This document shows, one piece after another, positions 59,608 through 64,000 of a stretch of 64,000 bases of DNA. Made by a program: the position numbers and the translations under genes. Origin of the DNA: an uncultured delta proteobacterium. Lineage in GTDB: Bacteria > Desulfobacterota > Desulfobacteria > Desulfobacterales > UBA2156. The notes beneath the pieces are model-generated. The model searched no databases and was not told the DNA's origin. It saw nothing but the letters and a program-made list of their open reading frames with translations. The stretch lies in assembly GCA_963736855.1 (NCBI GenBank), contig CAVTQK010000009.1, forward strand, positions 542,285-606,284, in the 5' to 3' direction. Every line of letters starts with the position of its first letter. Within the stretch, counting starts at the first letter, position 1.

Positions 59608-60495
59608 TTACTCCAAGCCCGACTGTTCCCTGACGATCCGGGCAAGAGCAGACAGATCTTCGTCGCCGAAGCCCCGGTTTAACAGGCTGGTTTCCAACTG
59701 TTCCGTATAAGCGCTCACCGGCAACACCGCACCAAGCTCACGGGCGACCTCCAGGGCGATGCGGAGATCCTTTCGGTGAAGCCGAACCCTAAAACCCAGC
59801 GGATAGGCATTTTCGATCATGTTTTTAGCTCGGTTAGCCAGGACCCAGGAGGCGGCTGCGCCCCCGCCCAGGGCCTGAAGCGCCTTTTCCAAATCGAGTC
59901 CGGCCCGAAGGCCCAGGGCGACCCCCTCGGCCACCCCCAGGTAGGTACCGGCGATGATCACCTGATTGATGGCTTTGGTTATCTGTCCGGATCCCAAAGG
60001 ACCGATGAGGCTGATGGTTTTTCCCATGGCCTTGAGAACCGGCAAGACGGTCTGAAAATCGGCTTCATCCCCCCCGACCATGATGGAGAGAGTCCCTTTT
60101 TGAGCGCCTTCAGAGCCGCCGGAAACCGGTGCATCCAACATCCGGATCCCTTTTTGCGAAAGTGCTTTTCCGATGCGCCGGGTGGCGGAAGGGCTGATGG
60201 TGGACATATCCACCACGATGGCGCCTTCAGCGGCCCCATGCATCACGCCTCTTTCGCCAAGAATCACTTCCTCTACATCCGGGGTGTCACTCAGGCAGGT
60301 GACGATCACATCGGCACCCGAAGCGGCTTCCTGAGGTGAGGATGCCCGAAGGGCACCTGCCTCTGCCAGAGGCTTCTCCCTGGAACGGGTGCGGTTGTGC
60401 ACGGTGAGAGGAAATCCCGCCTTCAATATATTTTGGGCCATGGACGCCCCCATGGTCCCCATTCCGATAAAAGACACTTTTACTTTAGCTGCCAT
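59608..60495 (-). CDS. NAD(P)-dependent beta-hydroxyacid dehydrogenase (3-hydroxyisobutyrate / 2-hydroxy-3-oxopropionate reductase family)
   Basis: VSFIGMGTMGASMAQNI Rossmann motif. GGAGGAG RBS precedes ATG 60495. Confidence 0.85.
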   Translation of the reverse strand: MAAKVKVSFIGMGTMGASMAQNILKAGFPLTVHNRTRSREKPLAEAGALRASSPQEAASGADVIVTCLSDTPDVEEVILGERGVMHGAAEGAIVVDMSTISPSATRRIGKALSQKGIRMLDAPVSGGSEGAQKGTLSIMVGGDEADFQTVLPVLKAMGKTISLIGPLGSGQITKAINQVIIAGTYLGVAEGVALGLRAGLDLEKALQALGGGAAASWVLANRAKNMIENAYPLGFRVRLHRKDLRIALEVARELGAVLPVSAYTEQLETSLLNRGFGDEDLSALARIVREQSGLE

Positions 60496-60550
60496 CCTGC
60501 TCCTCCGATACTTGGATTTTTCCTGCAAGGATCGGATTTTTTATCCGTTT

Positions 60551-61927
60551 CTAAAAAATTTTTCCAGGGTTCATTAATCCCTTGGGATCGAGAAGCTGCT
60601 TGATCTGTTTCATGAGGGCATAGCTTTCCCCGTGCTCCAGATCCATAAACTGACGCTTGCCGATGCCGACACCATGCTCGCCGGTGCAGGTGCCCCCAAA
60701 GCGGATAGCCTGAATGACGATCTCCCGGTTGACTTCTTCAAGAACATCCCACTCCCTACGGTCCTTCAAATTCCCCACAAGAACCACATGCAGGTTGCCG
60801 TCCCCGGCATGGCCGAATACATAGCCGATGGCGCCCTTTTTATCCAACAGATCCTGGGAAAAAAGGATCATTTCCGGATAGCTTGAAATGGGAACCGCCG
60901 CATCCACGATCAGTGTTTCTTTCCCTGGATGCGCCCGGTGGATGGTTTCCCAGGCCTCGTGTCGTGCCCTCCAAAGGTCCTTCCGCTTTTGTTCTTCCAT
61001 GGCGTAGCGGAAATCGATTGCTCCGCAGGTTTCACACAGATCCCGGGCCACGCCTACGGCTTCATTCAAAGCCGTCTCGCTGATCCCGTGAAACTCACAG
61101 AATAAGGAGGGTTTTTCGGGCAGTCCCAGCCCTTGTTCCCGATTCATGAGGCGGATCAATCCGGGGGTCAGAAGCTCCAGGGCGGCGGGCTCCAGCCCCG
61201 ATCCGATCAGGACCTCCACGGCCTCCGAGGCATTCTGCAAGGTATCAAACACCACCGTTGTCGCCAGATGGTGTTCCGGAATACCGGCAAGCCGCAAAGT
61301 CGCCTCGGTAACCACCCCCAGCGTTCCTTCGGATCCGACAAAGAGGCGCGTCAAGTCAAAACCGGAAGAGGACTTGCGGGCACGGCAGCCCGTATGGATC
61401 ACCTGTCCTTGGGGCAGAACGATGTTCAGCCGCATCACAAAGTCTTTAGTGGCGCCGTATTTGACCGTCTGGACGCCGGAGGCGTTGTTGGCGATCATTC
61501 CGCCGATGGTGGCATCGGCACCGGGATCCGGGGGAAAGAAGAGACCGAATCTCCCGGTCCGGCGGTTCAACTCCTTTCGCAACACTCCCGGCTGCACATC
61601 CGCCTGCAGATCTTTCGGTCGGATCTCGATGATCTTATCCATCCGGGTCAGATCCATCACTAAACCCCCAACCGTTGGAACAGGATTTCCTTCGGTGCTG
61701 GTTCCCGCTCCCCAAGGGGTTACCGGGATCCCTTCCGCATAGGTCCAGTTGAGGATTCGGGAGACCTCTTCCGTGGTGATCGGCCAGACGATCCCGGCAG
61801 GAAGCATTCCGATATGTGCAGAAATATCTCGGATGTGAAGCTCTCGGTTGGACTGTCCGATGGAAAAGCGATCCGGTTCCACAAGGGCCGTAAGGGACTT
61901 GATCTGGGCGCTTGTAAATTCTTTCAT
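60551..61927 (-). CDS. FAD-linked oxidase (GlcD / D-lactate dehydrogenase family), full length
   Basis: 458 aa; PWGAGTSTEGN FAD-binding region and C-terminal LLDPKGLMNPGKIF. Confidence 0.88.
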   Translation of the reverse strand: MKEFTSAQIKSLTALVEPDRFSIGQSNRELHIRDISAHIGMLPAGIVWPITTEEVSRILNWTYAEGIPVTPWGAGTSTEGNPVPTVGGLVMDLTRMDKIIEIRPKDLQADVQPGVLRKELNRRTGRFGLFFPPDPGADATIGGMIANNASGVQTVKYGATKDFVMRLNIVLPQGQVIHTGCRARKSSSGFDLTRLFVGSEGTLGVVTEATLRLAGIPEHHLATTVVFDTLQNASEAVEVLIGSGLEPAALELLTPGLIRLMNREQGLGLPEKPSLFCEFHGISETALNEAVGVARDLCETCGAIDFRYAMEEQKRKDLWRARHEAWETIHRAHPGKETLIVDAAVPISSYPEMILFSQDLLDKKGAIGYVFGHAGDGNLHVVLVGNLKDRREWDVLEEVNREIVIQAIRFGGTCTGEHGVGIGKRQFMDLEHGESYALMKQIKQLLDPKGLMNPGKIF

Positions 61928-62115
61928 GGAGTCATCCTCAATCGATCAAATTGGGCAGGTTGAGTCCCCAACTGGGCAACAGGATATAAATTGCCAATCC
62001 GAACATCACCGATAATATAAAAGCCGCATCCAAAAATTTAATGGGCACCCTCAACATATAGTGTCTATGCCGCTTAAATTTCAGGGAGCGGAAAACAGTC
62101 GGGCAGAATCGCAAT

Positions 62116-63069
62116 TTATCCCACAGTGACCTGGTTTCGGCCCGCCCGTTTACTTTGATACATCAGCTCGTCGGTGCGCCGGACAATGGACTCCGGCGTA
62201 TCGGTGGAAAGAAACAGAGTGGCACCCACCGAAATCGTAACCGTCAGGCTGGTGGCAGCCAAATCCAGCCGGGAAAATTCGACCAGCGTTCGGAGCTTCT
62301 CAGAAATGGATTTCAACTCTTCAAAAGATGCCACATTATATAAAATGGCCAGGAATTCCTCGCCACCCCAACGGCCGATGACATCGGATTTGCGCAGGTT
62401 TTGACTCAGTGTCGCCGCAACCATATGAAGAATTTTATCACCGATGTCATGTCCATAGGTGTCATTGACGTGTTTGAAATGATCAATATCCATAAACAGC
62501 AGACCCGCAACCGTGCCCGTCTGATGCTCAAGTTCCGCAATGACGGCACGGATCCGCCCTTCGAGATATCGGCGATTCCCAATACCGGTTAGGTTATCCG
62601 TTTGCACGGTGTGGTGCAGTTCCCGAAGCTTCTGAAGGACCGTCGTCATCCCCCTGTCGCTGCTGAAAGTTTCCACGGCTCCAATGACGTTTCCCTGGCC
62701 GTCTCGCAAAGGGGCGGTGCGCACCCTTACCGGCACACGGTGACCATCGGCATGGTGCAAAAAGACTTCCGCCTCGCGCGCGCTTCCGTCCTCCATGCAC
62801 GCAACCAACGGGCAATTACCTTGACAAAGCACAACGCCATCGGCAGTAACGTGGTTGAGCAGATTATCTTTGCAGGAGCTGCCTATCACCTGGTCGCTCG
62901 TATAGCCTGTAATACGCTCGGCCCCTTTATTCCAATAGGTGATTACGCGTTCACGATTCACAAAGTAGACACCATCATACAGATTATCTATTATGTCTTT
63001 ATAGAAATCTTTCTCTTCGAGCATAGGTGCACCAAAAAGAACGCGGGCGACCGGGACATCAGCCGTCAA
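62116..63069 (-). CDS. PAS-domain diguanylate cyclase (GGEEF)
   Basis: PAS: VNRERVITYWNKGAERITGY. GGDEF: FMDIDHFKHVNDTYGHDIGD..GRWGGEEFLAIL. Confidence 0.9.
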   Translation of the reverse strand: MTADVPVARVLFGAPMLEEKDFYKDIIDNLYDGVYFVNRERVITYWNKGAERITGYTSDQVIGSSCKDNLLNHVTADGVVLCQGNCPLVACMEDGSAREAEVFLHHADGHRVPVRVRTAPLRDGQGNVIGAVETFSSDRGMTTVLQKLRELHHTVQTDNLTGIGNRRYLEGRIRAVIAELEHQTGTVAGLLFMDIDHFKHVNDTYGHDIGDKILHMVAATLSQNLRKSDVIGRWGGEEFLAILYNVASFEELKSISEKLRTLVEFSRLDLAATSLTVTISVGATLFLSTDTPESIVRRTDELMYQSKRAGRNQVTVG

Positions 63070-63184
63070 CTATGCTGATATAATCAGAGGATACTGTTCG
63101 GCATTCGGCCATTTCCCGCACAACTGAGGATGAATCGGCATGACCCATTACATTTTCACGACCTAATCCAATCCTATCATAGTT

Positions 63185-63337
63185 GATGGCTTCATAAAAA
63201 GTCCAATTTCCGCGTTGCGCTTCATCCCGTTGCGATTTCGACGTACGATAAGTACGCCTCATCACACGGGATTCGCGACGCCTTGAACTTGAACTTTTTA
63301 CTTTGCCATCTGATTTTCGACTTTTTACGAGTTTGTC
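63185..63337 (-). mobile_element. MITE-like element, subtype A copy 3 (153 bp, more diverged), 6-bp direct repeat ATAGTT
   Basis: GATGGCTTCATAAAAAG ... CTTTTTACGAGTTTGTC. ATAGTT at 63179-63184 and 63338-63343. Confidence 0.75.
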
Positions 63338-63376
63338 ATAGTTACGCACAAGGTACAAAACAGGGGAATGGTCAAT

Positions 63377-64000
63377 TTATGGCAATGTGGTAAAAAAACG
63401 ATTCCACCGAGGATAATAACTATTGTGAATGTCAATCGATGCCACTATCGCTGTCGCTTGACCCACAATTTGATCGCGTTTGACGAACCCAAAATATCTG
63501 GAGTCCGCACTGTTATCCCTGTTATCACCCATCATGAAATAACTCCCCTCCGGCACTGTGACCGGCGCAAATGACCGAAATGAAGACCGATAAGGAGTAA
63601 TCATCACGGGGTGTTTCCTGCCTGAAAGATCTTCCATAAAACAGAATTGTCTCAACATAATATCATCTTGTGGATTATTGATATTCCGGTTATCGACAGC
63701 TTCATACTTTAACACCTCACCATTGATGATGAGATTATTGTTCAGCAGGGATATCGTATCTCCCGGAAGACCAACCACACGTTTTACCAAACGCTTTTGA
63801 TCGGCAGGAGAATAAAAAACGACGATATCACCTCTTTGCGGATTGCTCCATTTTACAATGTGCCATGTCGTATATGGAAACTTAAGATCATAGGCCAATT
63901 TATTCACGAAAATGTGATCCCCTTCCATAATGGTCGGCTTCATCGATACGGTAGGCACAATGTTCCAGTCAGCGATAGCTGATTTAAAAGATGTGGCGAT
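63377..64000 (-). CDS. lepB: signal peptidase I (5' end outside the window)
   Basis: ...IVPTVSMKPTIMEGDHIFVNK (catalytic Ser context) and GDNRDNSADSRYFGFV. The frame stays open to nt 64000. Confidence 0.9.
   Translation of the reverse strand: MATSFKSAIADWNIVPTVSMKPTIMEGDHIFVNKLAYDLKFPYTTWHIVKWSNPQRGDIVVFYSPADQKRLVKRVVGLPGDTISLLNNNLIINGEVLKYEAVDNRNINNPQDDIMLRQFCFMEDLSGRKHPVMITPYRSSFRSFAPVTVPEGSYFMMGDNRDNSADSRYFGFVKRDQIVGQATAIVASIDIHNSYYPRWNRFFTTLP

Noticed and set aside
61938-62057. 39-codon hydrophobic ORF (MLRVPIKFLDAAFILSVMFGLAIYILLPSWGLNLPNLID) ending 11 nt before glcD
   Set aside because: There is no convincing Shine-Dalgarno site and no homology evidence. It could be a small membrane protein, but an open frame is the only support.

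Overview
The window looks like an origin-proximal chromosomal segment of a sulfate-reducer-like Desulfobacterota (Desulfobacterales-type) genome; this is inferred from gene content only. From left to right it contains: the gyrB 3' part; an archaeal-type thymidylate-synthase-like gene; a B12/radical-SAM gene with a translationally coupled mini-ORF; CsgG-like, WXXGXW-repeat and HtrA envelope genes; a radical-SAM/RNase G pair; the conserved rpmH-rnpA-yidD-yidC-jag-mnmE block; two tRNA-Ser genes; moaA; a periplasmic selenocysteine formate dehydrogenase (fdhA-fdhB-fdhE); a periplasmic [NiFe] hydrogenase (small and large subunit) plus maturation genes (protease, hypC, hypF, hypD), split by a large MMPL-cNMP-GGDEF fusion gene; a roughly 10.6-kb minus-strand redox supercluster (2-oxoacid:ferredoxin oxidoreductase delta/alpha/beta/gamma - HdrL-like - MvhD/HdrCB-like, then Sec-HdrA/MvhD); c-di-GMP signalling genes; a lactate/glycolate-type oxidation locus (lutC, fused lutB-lutA, glcD/glcF-like); and the lepB 3' part. 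Main observations: (1) three in-frame TGA codons followed by hairpins, one at an unexpected position in the hydrogenase large subunit; (2) a MITE-like repeat family (153-bp and 190-bp subtypes, shared terminal inverted repeats, 6-bp target duplications, five copies), one tandem pair of which disrupts an MshEN-domain gene; (3) roughly 217-bp diverged direct repeats of a hydrolase 3' end bracketing about 14 kb that includes the kor-hdr cluster and a transposase remnant; (4) many single-nucleotide frameshifts, very dense in the GC-rich hdr region, so assembly error versus real decay must be settled before any functional claim. No rRNA genes or CRISPR arrays were seen.
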